Assembly (NCBI GenBank): GCA_002269645.1
Contig: NIVC01001245.1
Coordinates: forward strand, 62,001-126,000
Direction of reading: 5' to 3'
Source: Macrostomum lignano
Taxonomy: Eukaryota
DNA length: 64,000 nucleotides
The translations under genes and the position numbers were made by a program. This document shows, piece after piece, positions 26,184 to 38,188 of this stretch (position 1 is its first letter; each line of letters opens with the position of its first letter). A model generated the notes under the pieces. That model was not told where the DNA came from. It made no database searches and saw nothing but the letters and a program-made list of their open reading frames with translations.

Positions 26184-27260
26184 TGTTGTGTCTTGTGTGC
26201 TAGTAATAATATTTACTCTCGCAGTTTCGTGTACTTCTGTGTACACTTCCCACACCCCTTCCATGTACAGTGGAGTCTAAGAGTTTTCGTAGCTAATTGC
26301 AACTATCATGACTTGGCTTATTTCATAACATGGCGTCGCAAGTCTAAACTACCTACCTATCCAGTCTGGCAAGCATGGATTGAGGCCGCCAGAGCCTATG
26401 GTTTTTGACACCAAAGGGCGGACAACTGGAGAAGGTGGATCAAATCGTTCGATTTTTATATGAAAGCTACGAAAAGAACTGAAAAAAGCAACGATGTGAA
26501 GATTGCCATTCTGATAACCGCCCTGGGATCCGACAGTCAAGATATCTTCTCCAGGTTTCCTGCAGACAAGGTAGCTATATTTACGACAAAGTAGTCGAGG
26601 CATTCAAAGACTACTGTGAGCCTCCGTCGCGCCATCCAGATGGGTCGAACATCCGAGACTTCGAAGCCGCAGGCTCGGACCCTGGCCACTGAGCAGATTA
26701 GCCGAGCGGCGCCTGCACCCGCGCCAGCGTCTGTCGATGCCGTGCAAAACCAAGCCAAGGCGACAGTCAGCCACGCCAGATCGGCTCGAAGCTGCGGATT
26801 CTGCGGACAGCAGCATGAGCGGCGCAAGTGCCCGGCCTTCGGGAAGACCTGCAATAACTGTGGTCGCACGAATCATTTTGCGTCCGTGAGCCGCTCAGCG
26901 AATGTCACGAGCTGGTGGAGGACTCCAAGGCCGACTGTGCTGGCGACGCTCCGACAGCAGCTATCATGACGGTGGAGAAGCCGAATGCTCGCCAGCCCAA
27001 GCTGCAGACTGATGCCTCGGCTATGATGGTTTGCCAGTCACGGACTCTGGAAGAAAAATGCACTTCAAGGTACGAGTAAAACTGGGGCGGATGTCAATGT
27101 GATTCCTCTGAGACAGCTGACCCAGTGTCATCGCCCTGCCGTAAGAATGTCAGACTTCAGTTTTTAGTCATTGGCGAGAACTCTACACCGATTATCGGCT
27201 GGAAATCAGCAAACAAGGAGCTTCAGTTGGTCAAGAAACTATTTGTTGAGCAAAGCCAGA
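26184..27260 (+). mobile_element. Ty3/Gypsy LTR retrotransposon remnant (LTR end, PBS, gag, protease)
   Basis: ...TAACA|TGGCG junction at 26330/26331. Gag motif NWRRWIKSFDFYMKAT...KIAILITALG; knuckle CGFCGQQH...CPAFGKTCNNCGRTNHFA; protease TGADVNVIP and LQFLVI...PIIGW. Multiple frameshifts. LTR start at 26184 is tentative. Confidence 0.85.
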
Positions 27261-28187
27261 GCAGCAGCATCAGCAAAGTGCAAAAAGTAGTTCCCCCCGC
27301 GGGGCCCCCGGACAACGGACACCCGGACAATCCGTCGATGAAGTGTCGCACCCAACCAGAATCCTGCGAAACTGGGTGCCGGCCCACTGCGGCGTGCCCG
27401 GCAACGAAGCCGCGGACCAGCAAGTCTGTATATCAACCCATTCGAAAGCTAAGGTGCCGGGCCGCTGAAAGGGACCACGGAGGTTGCCTTTATCCGAAGA
27501 TAGGACTCTGCTTGGGTGTTCATCGAGAGTCTACTGCACCAACCCGAGGACTTCTCAGCAGAGATCTATTGTGAATGTGACTGACGAAATGCTTGGGTGA
27601 AAAAACTACTAACAGTGCGAGAAGGTTCCCATATGTAACCAGGGGTTGTGATACTTCCAGCCTTCCAATGCTAACTGCTGATCTCTCAAACTCAAACTCA
27701 CAGCAGGTTTACAGAAATTACAGCCTTCCGATGCTAACAGCTTGGCAAGTGAAAAAAAAGAATTATCTTTAGTGAATAACTTTGTCTCTGTACAATACTT
27801 ATTCACTGCTACGGATTTGGAAATATAATTTTAGCATTTTCGTTCTTCGTTTCAACAAATTGTCTAGTTATGCCTGGGCCCACAATTTCAACCCTCGCTG
27901 TTTTTTGTGAGCAATTCGTCAAGACTAAAATAAAAAGCAAAATGGCTGCACAGCAGTGTGCATGATTTTGTCAACTCCTTAACCCTCTAAGATAAGGTAG
28001 CTGACAATACGTTTACATAGGTTGTACAGTCTTGCCCAGTACAGTTGAAAATAGCCTTATAACTATGAAGCTTGTGCAGCACCATATCATGGCTCATTGC
28101 TAACGCAGACAAGAATTTAAGACAATCACAATTGCTTTTGCTGAATTTTCAAGAACATCAAACCGGGACCAGTGTTGAGTACTTCAA

Positions 28188-30546
28188 ATGGCGGACGATA
28201 ACAACGAACTGCATAGGCAATCGCTTGAAGAAAAGACTAAAGAGTGCGAGAAATTAAGGGAAAAAAGTCGAAAGCTCAAGTTTAAAGTGTCGCAGCTGGA
28301 AATTCGGCTAAAGGAAGCGGAGAGCCAGCCATATCGTTCTCAATCGCTTCCAAGGCAGAGAAGGAATGGACTGGAGAGTGCAGATCTGCAGAAAGTCAAG
28401 GATCAAGCCATGGTGGAGGCTACGGAGAAGCTTCAAGCCAAATTTGATGAAGAACTGGCTGCGGCAGTTGCAGCAGAACGAGCGAAATGGGAGCAAGAAA
28501 TGGAGGCAACGCAAAAGCAGTTCGAGGACAAAATTCGAGATCAGGATTCGGCGCTTGTTGAAGCCAGAGAAGAGCTTGAAAGACTCAAGGCTACACAAGA
28601 AGGAGAGAATAACCGACTAAGTGTACCCAATCAGCCTAAAGGAGGCCTAGACTCATCATCATCGGAGTCTGAGCTGCAGAAGATGGCCCAGCAGATCAGC
28701 CAGGTGAGCCAGCAGCAGGCCAGCCTGCACGACAGCCTGAGAGACAACAGCGGAAGTATCGAGCAGATTCGCAACCTGATGCGGGAACGACAAGCCGAGA
28801 TGAAGAAGAAGCTGGCAGACAAGGATGCTGAGCTGGGAGAAAAGACTGAGCAGTGCGAGACTCTGCTAGGCAGCAGTGAGCAGATGAAGACCGAGTTGGC
28901 GAGGCTGCGCACCCGAGAGGAGGAGTGGCAGCAGACCAGCGCAGACTACCAGAAACTGAAGAACCAGTACAACCTGCTGACCAACACCAAGGAGCGCCTG
29001 GAGTCTGAGAAGGCCGACCTGCAGCGCAGCAGAGATGAGACGCTGGCGGCTGAGACGCAGAAGCTGCAGGCCAAGTTTGATGAAGAACGAAGCGCTGCGG
29101 TGGAGGCTGAGCGAGACAAGTGGCAACAGGAGTTGGCTGAGCTGCAGGCCAATCACGCTGCTGAGGTCAAAGCGCTACAACTGGAGCTGACAGGTGCAAA
29201 GAAGGAAAATGAAGGCAACTTGCAGGCTGCTCAGGCTGAGAATGAGCGGGCGCTGACCTCAGAGCGGGAGAGATGTCGAGCAGAGGCTGACAGACTTGTT
29301 GCTGAGCACGCGAGCGCTATTGAAGCGATGAGGAAGGAGTTTGAGGAGAAAATCCGAGAGCAGGAGAGGCTGACCGAGGAAGCCAGGCGGGAACTGCAGG
29401 AGCTCAGCGAGAAGCACGAGGCAGAGAAGGCCGAGATGTTTGAGTTGGTTAAGCAGTTTGGTTTGAGTAGCTTCTCAACCGATAACTTCAGAAGCAACGA
29501 TGCTGGCACGATGACCGACTCCTCTGCCGAGACGCTTAAGCTTGCCGAGCGCATTAGCTTAGGCTCCAGTGGCGCAAGGGCTGGTCAAGGAGCGGAAACG
29601 AGCACGGAAGCTCAAAGCCAACCAGCCAGCATTGACAGCTTTTGTTTTCTGTCACAGAGCGATGTTCTACTTGACAGGTTGGCTTTAAAACAATCCTTAC
29701 ATAACCATAGTTCTATAAGGAGGTTGTAGCCCAGTGGTTAGAGCGCGTCTGACTCACGACTGAAAGGTCAGGGGTTCGATTCCTGATTCCATAGGAACAA
29801 TTTGTGTTCTTGAGCAAGACACTTAACTCTGCATTGCTGTAAAACGGATGCCAGCATTTGCTGGGGTAATTAAGGATTTGTGTGGCTACCCTTGTTGTTC
29901 TTGGACTGAACAGCCATATTCAGCCTTCAGATGCCCCGCGCAATAGCTGCGGCTGAGCTGTCGGTTGCATAATCTTTCTATTAGGGCAGGTGTAATCAAT
30001 TTTTTTCAATAGTTCACAAGATTCAAATTTGATTTCAGCGTAAAACTCCGCAAGAAAGCCAGCTCGATGGCCAAGGAGCTCCTGGAGGCGAGGTCCCAGC
30101 TGCAACAGTCAAGCGAATACGCCGAGAACTTTCAGCGCTGCTCTCATCAAGTTGACGCAGCCAACTGCGACCTCTACAAGGAAATTGAGGGGCATAAAAA
30201 GCAGATAAGCACGGTCAGCCAAGTGGCCGAAGAGATGCGAGAGAAGTTCATATCGGAGGCGCGACGCGTGGCAAAGTTGGAGACGAAGTTGGCCAGCCTG
30301 AGGCAGGAAAACTCGGAGCTGCAGTGCAGAGACGCGACGCTAAGACTGGCTCAGGTCAATGACGCCTCCGAGATCGCCAGCCTCAACCGACGCCTGGACG
30401 AAGCCAAGAGAGGCCTGGCACAGGCTGCGGAGACTGCAGACTTGGCCAATAAGAAACTGGAAGAGACCAGACTCGAGATGGTGAAGCTCAAAGCCAAATA
30501 CCAATCAGTGAAGCAGGAGCTTCTGAAGGCTCAAAGAGGAACCTGA
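28188..30546 (+). CDS. Coiled-coil protein B1 (665 aa, 2 exons)
   Basis: join(28188..29677, 30039..30546); phase-2 intron GTTGGC...TTTCAG containing a SINE. In-frame TGA upstream of the ATG. Last exon homologous to the A and B3 C-termini. A possible 48-nt in-frame intron near 29447-29490 is unresolved. Confidence 0.8.
29721..29947 (+). mobile_element. tRNA-derived SINE family 1 with CORE-like central domain, copy 1
   Basis: A-box TAGCCCAGTGG, B-box GGTTCGATTCC, then CTTGAGCAAGACACTTAA...CTGTAAAA; close to copies at 60255 and 61037. Confidence 0.85.
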
Positions 30547-30921
30547 GGATGGTTGTGTGACTCAACAGTTTTTTATGATAACCTTTAACGCGTAATATTT
30601 GTCGAATTCAATTTTTTGTCGTATTACGAGTAGCTAGTGAAGCTTCAAAACTTCTAAACAGGGATCTAAGGGTTGAGATGTGTTCTGTTTTCATATGCGA
30701 ATCTATATATATTCCAGAATGCTTATAAATTTTGTACAGCAATTTTTCACGCAGTTCGTCGTTTAAAGAGCAACTCAATTTGCAATAAGCTTGTCTAATA
30801 TTTTGTTTTCAAATCGATCCAAATACTCGTAATTACGATTCTGCTGTAAACAATGTAAAAACTCAGCTTATCTTAATATTAGCATCCATGCTTCCTTTTA
30901 GGCTCACTACCAGATTAAGAA

Positions 30922-30922
<1 letters not shown>

Positions 30923-30975
<53 letters not shown>

Positions 30976-30990
30976 CAGTAGTAGTAGTAG
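30923..30990. repeat. (TAG)n microsatellite
   Basis: About 22 units, one interruption. Confidence 0.95.
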
Positions 30991-31271
30991 ATGTAAAAAG
31001 CAACACAGCGTCCTCCTGGATACTAGAGGAATAGCTTATAATATCAATTCACTATAGAGGCTACGGCACTTGCAGAAGGTTTGAACATCTGGCATTTACT
31101 AGTAGGATAGAAGTTGGAAAATAAGCTCAAAATGAGTACTCAATGCTAGCTTTCGACTGTACTCGAACTGGAAAAATAGCTCTCAGCGCTACTTTCTTTA
31201 TTTCGGCAGTTGGTACCTTGTTACGAGTGTGCTTAGCGTTGCTTACATAAAAATATGTATTTTGCGATCAG

Positions 31272-32422
31272 TGGACTGGGTGGCAACCGTTGGAGATCGA
31301 GAATTGAGGCTTTCCGAGCGTAGAGTCATTGTGACTTCTCGAAACTACAAAGTTCGCAGGCCTGGATTTCAAAGCACCAGTTCTGAAAAGCGAGCTGCAC
31401 AAGGGACTGCTGACACAGGCTCTCAGTTCGGTATGGATTTCCGTGATTCCTATACTCAGGTAAACTATGTGTAAAAGTTTGAAATGATCGATTTATATTT
31501 TACCTGAGACACAACAGAGTACTTAAACTCTATTGTGGGTATCAAATCCATTTCAGACTGAAGAAATAGATTTCACTGATTCTTACTTTCGGTTATCTAC
31601 TCGAGATACTGCCATTCAGTGCCTGCCGATCGAGCTCAGTAATGCCGGGATCCTATTCGAGCCATTATGTCAAGAAAATTGTGCTCAAGTAAACTATGCG
31701 TCAAAGTTTGAAATATGCTGCGATAGATCATATTTTATCTGAGATATAGCATAGTATGATGAGTACTTGAACTATTGTATCAAATCTATTTCAGACGCTT
31801 GAGCTTGACACTGATGACTGTTGTGTTCAAACTGATCCTGATGACAATGCGTTTGATATTGAGACTCAACAGTATTCCATGCTACTAAAGAAACTGAACG
31901 AGAAGCAAGCTGAGTTAGACAAACTGCTTAAGGACTTAAAAGAATCACGAAACAAAGTCAAAGAGCTCAATGAGATACTCAATGTGTACAAGAACGATAC
32001 AGTGAGTAATTTAAATATCAATTTCTAGTTTTCTTTTCGAGAGTGCCTCTTTCACAGGTGACACTTCTTGCAGGAAGACGAAGCCCGAAGTTCAAACGAG
32101 ACAAGTCGAGGCTTCACAGCTCTCGTACGCCACGGATTTAAAGCGGTACTCAGAAAGCATTGAAGCTGTCAACGACAGGCTGCACCGAAGACTGCAGGAG
32201 AGCAACCGTCAGCGGGACTCGGTGATTGAAGTGGCCGAAGAGTTGCGCAACAGACTGCTGGCTGAGTCGCGGCAGCTCACCGAGGTCAGGCAGGAGTACG
32301 CGGAGCTGCAGGCCGACAATGCCACTCTGAGACTGGCTCAGGCCAGAGACTGCAGCCACTGCGCCAGTCTGCAGAAGCAACTGGACGAGGCAGAGAAGGA
32401 ATTGGCTGAGACTAGACTCTAG
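31272..32422 (+). pseudogene. Coiled-coil paralogue B2, partial and probably disrupted
   Basis: Candidate exons 31272-31459, 31557-31688, 31795-32001 and 32074-32422. The third carries the B3 module (KLNEKQAELDKLLKDLKESRNKVKELNE); the last is close to B3's last exon (VIEVAEELRNRLLAESRQL). The final junction is out of phase. Confidence 0.6.
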
Positions 32423-33019
32423 ACTGGGAGGCCCTCTAATTCCTAGTGTGTCGGGCGATGAGACTTGGCCAGTGGCATTTGAAGGTCACTGTGAAACATT
32501 CTACTTTAAGGACGTTATTGCGAATAAGCACGTCGACTAGGCTTTGAAAACAATAATTTGGCAGATGGCGAATTACGAGCTACTCGTAAATAATTCCAAT
32601 TTAGAGAAAAACATTTTCTTTTGCTAAGGAATAAAACGTCTCACTAGAAGTTCCCACTCAATATTTTATTGAATAATAAATGCCATGACTTTTAGCAACC
32701 CTAAATATTGTAAAAAATAAAATCAATAAGATACAAAACTACGTAAACTTTGTCAGAAAGAACTAATAGTTTTGTATTTCTCGGCTTTTTAATCCTTAAT
32801 TGTATTGAAAAGTGGACGTGACTGCGAATTTCCGCCCTCTGGAAGTTTTCGTGCTATAACGCACTTAAACAAGAATGAAGTCAACAGCGCTCCAGGACTT
32901 CATTATTTAATGCAAAGTTCCAGGGGTCGGCAGACTCTGACCTGCGAAGCCTCTCTATCCAGCCCTTGGGTCCTTTGAGACCTTCACAATAGCAATCGGG
33001 CCTGCTCAAAGTTTTTGTC

Positions 33020-33362
33020 ACTTCTCAGCTCTCTTTTTTCATCTCCTCTTCTCTCCCCTTTTTTACACTTATCCCCCATCTCCGCTCTCTCCCCTCTCTC
33101 TTTCTTTCTCTCCTTTCTCCCCTCTTCTCTCTCCGCTCTTCTCTCCTCTCTCCCCTCCTCTCTCCCATTCTCTCCTCTCTCCCCTTCTCTCCTCTCTCCC
33201 TTTCTCTTCTCTCTCCAATCCTCTTTTCTCCCCTCTTCTTCCCTCTCTTCATTCTCCTCTCTTCCTTCCTTCCCCCTACTTTCTACCCTCTCCTCTCTCC
33301 CCTCTTCTAATCTCTCCTCTCTCATCTCCCCTCTTTCGTCTCTCTTCTCTCTTCTCCTCTCT
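33020..33362. repeat. Polypyrimidine/polypurine low-complexity tract
   Basis: Almost pure C/T on the plus strand. Confidence 0.9.
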
Positions 33363-33842
33363 TTGGCCTGCAGTCATACGCACTCTGGCTGCTAGATTCT
33401 ATATCTGGCTTTTATGAGCGTAAGTTAAAAAAAATTGCAGACAATCGCTTTATACGCCCGTACAATCAAAAGTGTACATTTGTAGTGTACATTTATAAAT
33501 TTGCAAAGGCAACGTACGTTTCGCAAGGTGGCGATCAGTACACGCGCAAAGGCCTAGAAACTCGAGTACAAGCGTAGCTCTCACTCCTGGCTGAACATCC
33601 AAAGTAGGCTATGTATAGTTTCTCTTCAGTTCTCTGCCTCTTTTAGTACCTTGTTCAACAAAATAGATAGATAAGTGCATGGTACGCTCGTATTATATTT
33701 TACTTTAATTAATTTTAAATGGCACTATCGTAAGAATATGTACAACCAGCGTGAGTTGTTAGCCCAAACATTACGAGCGCATGTTAAATGAAAAAGACAT
33801 CGTTGCAATTCATTTAAACAGTTTTTGATTTTCAAATTGCCT

Positions 33843-36800
33843 CATCATTGTCGGAGTCTGACCTGCAGAAGATGGAGCAGAGTAGTCAGGTGAGTCAGAT
33901 GCAGGCCAATCTGAATGACTACAAAAGATGAAGCGGTATTCGAAAATGCTCAAAGCATCCAAGAGTATGTGTCGAGGTAGTGAACAAAAAACTGTCATTA
34001 ATAATTTTAGCCCGCTAGGAAATTCAAGCATTATGGGAATCGAGGAATGAGGCCAGCGATGCAAGGCGAGACGGTCGGCGAGAACTCTGATGCTCAAAAA
34101 GATAAAACAATCCGGGAGCTGCGTAAACAGCTGGAGGAGAAGCAGATGGACCTGGACAGTTTGCTTCAAGACTTTGATGAGACTCGACACACGGTCTACC
34201 AGCTCAACGAGAAGGTCAAGGAGTACAAGAGTCGGTAAGCGATGTTTGATTTACAGAGTGGAGAAAACATTTACGAGACCACTGTTTGAGCATTCAAGTT
34301 GTAAGTGAACAAATTTTTCATGGGTTTAGAAGTTTTGGAAGTTTGGGTCGAAAGACAGACCTAGACAACTTAAGTAGAACGACACAAAATATGTGCGAAC
34401 TTGGGGCTCATTTTGAAGCGATAAGTCATAGAACAGAACCAACGCTAAAAATTCAGTCTCTAAAAAGAAAATCAAAAGCCTTCATTGACTACATGTATCT
34501 TGTATCAAGAGGCTTCCCCAGCGGTGATAATTGGGGATAGAGGGGAAAGAGGATTTCATGTGTACTTAGAAGCTTTTCAAATTATCTTCGAACTGCTGTG
34601 GGCCGCGTCAACTTGTCTGTCCCCAGCGGATCTCGATGCTGTAAAGCAGGACGGTCTCGACCACCTCCCAGAGGAACGCTGTCCTCCGGCGATCAGGTAG
34701 GGCGTCAGACTGCAGGACCGCCTTCACAGAATAGAGGGGCAAGGCAACCAGACTGCTGAGGTAGACGATTTTTTACTTCGCGGAAGTTGTGCACGCTGCA
34801 CGCAATGTACCACCATTGGGAGCATGGCTCTGACAACCAAGTTGAATGCCTTTTGAAATCTATGAAGACAACAATCAGGATCAACTGTCGTATTTCCCGC
34901 CTTCTCAATGTCTTGGCGAAAAACTAAAATCTGCAACCACTGTGCCGCAATGGGGCTGGAACACGTTCTCAGAAAATAGCGACGATGTGTGCCGTAGTAC
35001 ATTTGTTAGGCGCCGCCTCACCGAAGAGTAAGCGTTTCATCACTAGAAGACCTTACTGGCCACACAGGGGATGCGCAATGCTTTGATGGGCACCTCGTCT
35101 GTTTTCCAGCCCGGTGACTTGTCTGCAGAGCGTCACAACGTCGGCTATGCTGACTGGTGCTAAGCTGAATTTCTCATCTTGCGGATTGAGTAGCAGGGGC
35201 GGCAGCGCGTTTGCGAAGGCAGAAAAAACTCACACAGCTCGTTTCAGTTAACCAGTTTAAACTCCAAAGCTAGATGGGTTTCGTCCCGTCTGAGCGAAAT
35301 AGGAAAAGTTGAAATTTAGTCAGAACTTTGCTTGCACAATTCACACATACGCACGAAAAACCTGCATGATTTGGAATTCGGTAGTCCAGAAGGTGAGACA
35401 TTGGTCTTCCAATGCAAAAAAGGAAACTTCCTGTTTCGCATATGCATTTGATATTAACCTGCTGCTCTCCAACAAGTGGATTCCCTTATTGTGCAAACGT
35501 ACTATAATCATTAGACTTTATTAGTCAGTGAGTTTCTACGGGAGCTGACGAAACCCGCCAATCTCCAGAGCGGAGCAGTGGGCTCAGCTGGCCAGCAGTC
35601 GCGCATCTGGCGACCGCGGAGACGCCACCGCCACCGGCAGGCTGGAGAAGCTGCTGGCAGAGAAGCAGGTGGAGCTGGACAGCGTGCTCGAAGATTTTGA
35701 CGAGACTCGACACAAAGTCTACGAGCTCAACGAGAAGATTAAGGACTACGAGAGACGGTAAACCTTTTGCTATACTTTCCATATATTCACATCCGGGTTC
35801 GTCGCTTCATTATAACAAATTTATTTGTTTTTCCAAATTCCAGAAGCGACCGTCGCGACAACGTCGCCAACGTTCGAGCCGACGGAGACGTCAGCAAGCT
35901 GCAGACTCAGCTGACTAAAAATCAGGAAGAGCTGGACAGGTTGACTGAAGATCTGGACGAGATTAGGCATAAAGTGTACGAACTGAATGAGAAGGTCAAG
36001 GACTACGAGAATCGGTGAGCTTAGGATAGAAATCCTTTGAGTCGTCGTGATCCTTCTGGTGGCATCTGGTGCCCTTCCCTGATCATTCAGGTGGCATCTG
36101 GTGCCCCCTCCCTGATCCTTCAGGTGGCATATGGTGCCCCTCTCTGAACCTTCAGGTGACATCTGGTGTCGCCTCTCTGAACCTTCAGGTGGCCTCTGCT
36201 GTCCCCTCCCTGGTCCTTCAGGTGGCATCTGGTGACCCTCCCTGATCCTTCAGGTGGCATCTGGTGCCCCCTCCCTGATTCTTCAGGTGGCATCTGGTGC
36301 CCCCTCCCTGATTCTTCAGGTGGCATCTGGTGCCCCCTCCCTGAACCTTCAGGTGACATATGGTGCCCCTCCCTGATCTTTCAGGTGCATCTGGTGCCCC
36401 CTCCCTGAACCTTCCAGCGGCCTCTGCTGTCCCTTCCTTGATCATTCCGGTGGTCCTATTACCCTCTAATCACCCAGATCCCCTGCTACCCCCTACGAAG
36501 CAAGGGAGAGAGAGATAAGAATAACAAGATTGAGCTAGACAGAGAGAGAGAGAGAGAGATAACAGTAAACAGAGACAAGTGAAGGTGAACTAAAGAAAGG
36601 ACTAGAAAAGTCGCGACAACCTCCTTCAGGTTGCTGTGTCCACTCCCTTCCTTCAGACATCTTACAGAATCTCTCCCTACCGATTTTGTAAAGCTTGGCC
36701 AGGAGATCTGAACAAACTAATAAGCTTAAAAAAGTTTTTAATTACTATTTCCGATGAATTTTATAGCGGCTTGCATGCCAGTCCAGGCCAGACAGGAGTC

Positions 36801-38188
36801 AAGAACGGCGGTGCTGAAGCCAACAGCATGCAGCAAGCTGATGAGGCGGCCAAGCTGCAAAAGCAGCTGGAGCAGAAGCAGAGTGAGCTGGACAGTGTGC
36901 TCGAAGATTTTGATGAGACTCGACACAAAGTATACGAACTGAATGAGAAAATAAAAACTCTGGAGAGCGGGTAAGCATACGGGTCTTAAACTCTTTTATT
37001 AGCGGCTTTTGTTAGCGCAAGCAATGACTCCCGACCTCCTCTCGGCTTTTCAGCTCTGCTCAAGGCAACTCGCAGACAGAAAAACTGCAGCAGGAGATCA
37101 GGGAATTGAAGAGCCAGGCTGAAATTGACAAGAATTTGGCGAAGTAAGTTGATTATCCAATTTTCAGTTGTCATACTCCATCACACTCCGTGCATTCATT
37201 TCCATTTTCAGTCAGCTGCACATGGAAATTGAATCAGCGTGTAATGAAAAATCTTTCAAAGCCAAGAAGCTTCAGGCCGCAGAGACTGAAGTTGCAAAGC
37301 TGAAGGAAGAGCTTCACAGGATGAAGGAGTTGGAGGATGAACTCAGAAAGCAGTGCCGAGAGAGCGACGAGACTGTTCGACAGGTTCTTGCCAAGTCAGA
37401 TGAGAGCGAGAAAGAGCTCAGAAGACTGAGACAGGACTGCGAAGCACAGCGAGAGGCTTTGGAGCAGCACAGAAATCTGATTGAGCAGAAGGCTAATTTG
37501 GAGTCTCAGCTGAGGGAAACCATTGATGAGCTGAATAAGAGAAACGAGTCTCATGCCGAGGAGAGCGAGAAGAAGCTGGAGGAAAAGCAGAGTGAGCTGG
37601 ACAGCGTGCTCGAGGACTTTGATGAGACTCGGCACAAGGTCTACGAGCTCAATGAGAAGATTAAGAACTGCGAGACACGGTGAGAAAACGCAATTATTTA
37701 TTAGTTTTAGAAGCCTTGAAAACAAGATACGCACTTTATTTTTTAAACAATTCAGACTCCGACTACATGCTCCGGCTCCAGACTACGAATCTGACTTGCA
37801 ACAATACTCAGAGGACATCGAAGCCGTCAACGATGGACTGCTCAAGCAGCTGCAGGAATGCAACCGTCAGCGGGACTCGGTGATTGAAGTGGCCGAAGAG
37901 TTGCGAAATAGACTACTGGCTGAGTCGCGGCAACTCACCGAACTCAGACAGGAGCACTCGGAGCTTCAGGCGGACCATGCCACCTTGAGACTGGCTCAGG
38001 CCAGGGACCGCGGCCACTGCGCCAGTCTGCAGAGGCAACTGGACGAGGCACAGAGAAGTCTGAGGCGAGCCATGCAATCTGCTGAATTGCCTCAAACAGA
38101 GTTTACTGATCAGGCTGAGAGCAAAGATGAGACGTCCTCCGAATGCGACCTGTTTGCGAAGCATCGGGCCAGAGGAAGGCAGGAGTAG
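33843..38188 (+). CDS. Modular coiled-coil protein B3 (more than 590 aa, at least 8 exons; 5' end unresolved)
   Basis: Exons about 33843-33964, 34019-34234, 35569-35757, 35844-36014, 36767-36970, 37054-37143, 37212-37679 and 37756-38188. All introns GT-AG phase 2; internal lengths 216/189/171/204/90/468 are all multiples of 3. First exon matches B1 (SESDLQKM..SQVSQ.QA.L.D) but has one extra A at 33923-33926. Confidence 0.85.
34600..35210 (-). mobile_element. Decayed RT fragment of the same RTE-like LINE family as 41912-45538, in an intron of B3
   Basis: 35087-35180 aligns by eye to about 43385-43480; VFIDF(Q)KAFN motif near 34845-34875. Confidence 0.75.
36055..36420. repeat. 33-bp minisatellite, about 11 copies, intronic in B3
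   Basis: Unit CCTGATCCTTCAGGTGGCATCTGGTGCCCCCTC; 11-aa periodicity in minus-strand ORFs. Confidence 0.92.

Noticed and set aside
29678-29729. End of ORF 28188-29729 as B1's true C-terminus
   Set aside because: Runs into intron and SINE; an in-frame splice to 30039 gives the family C-terminal domain.
32984-33395. Glu/Arg-rich and Ser/Leu/Pro-rich ORFs
   Set aside because: Translation of a purine/pyrimidine low-complexity tract.
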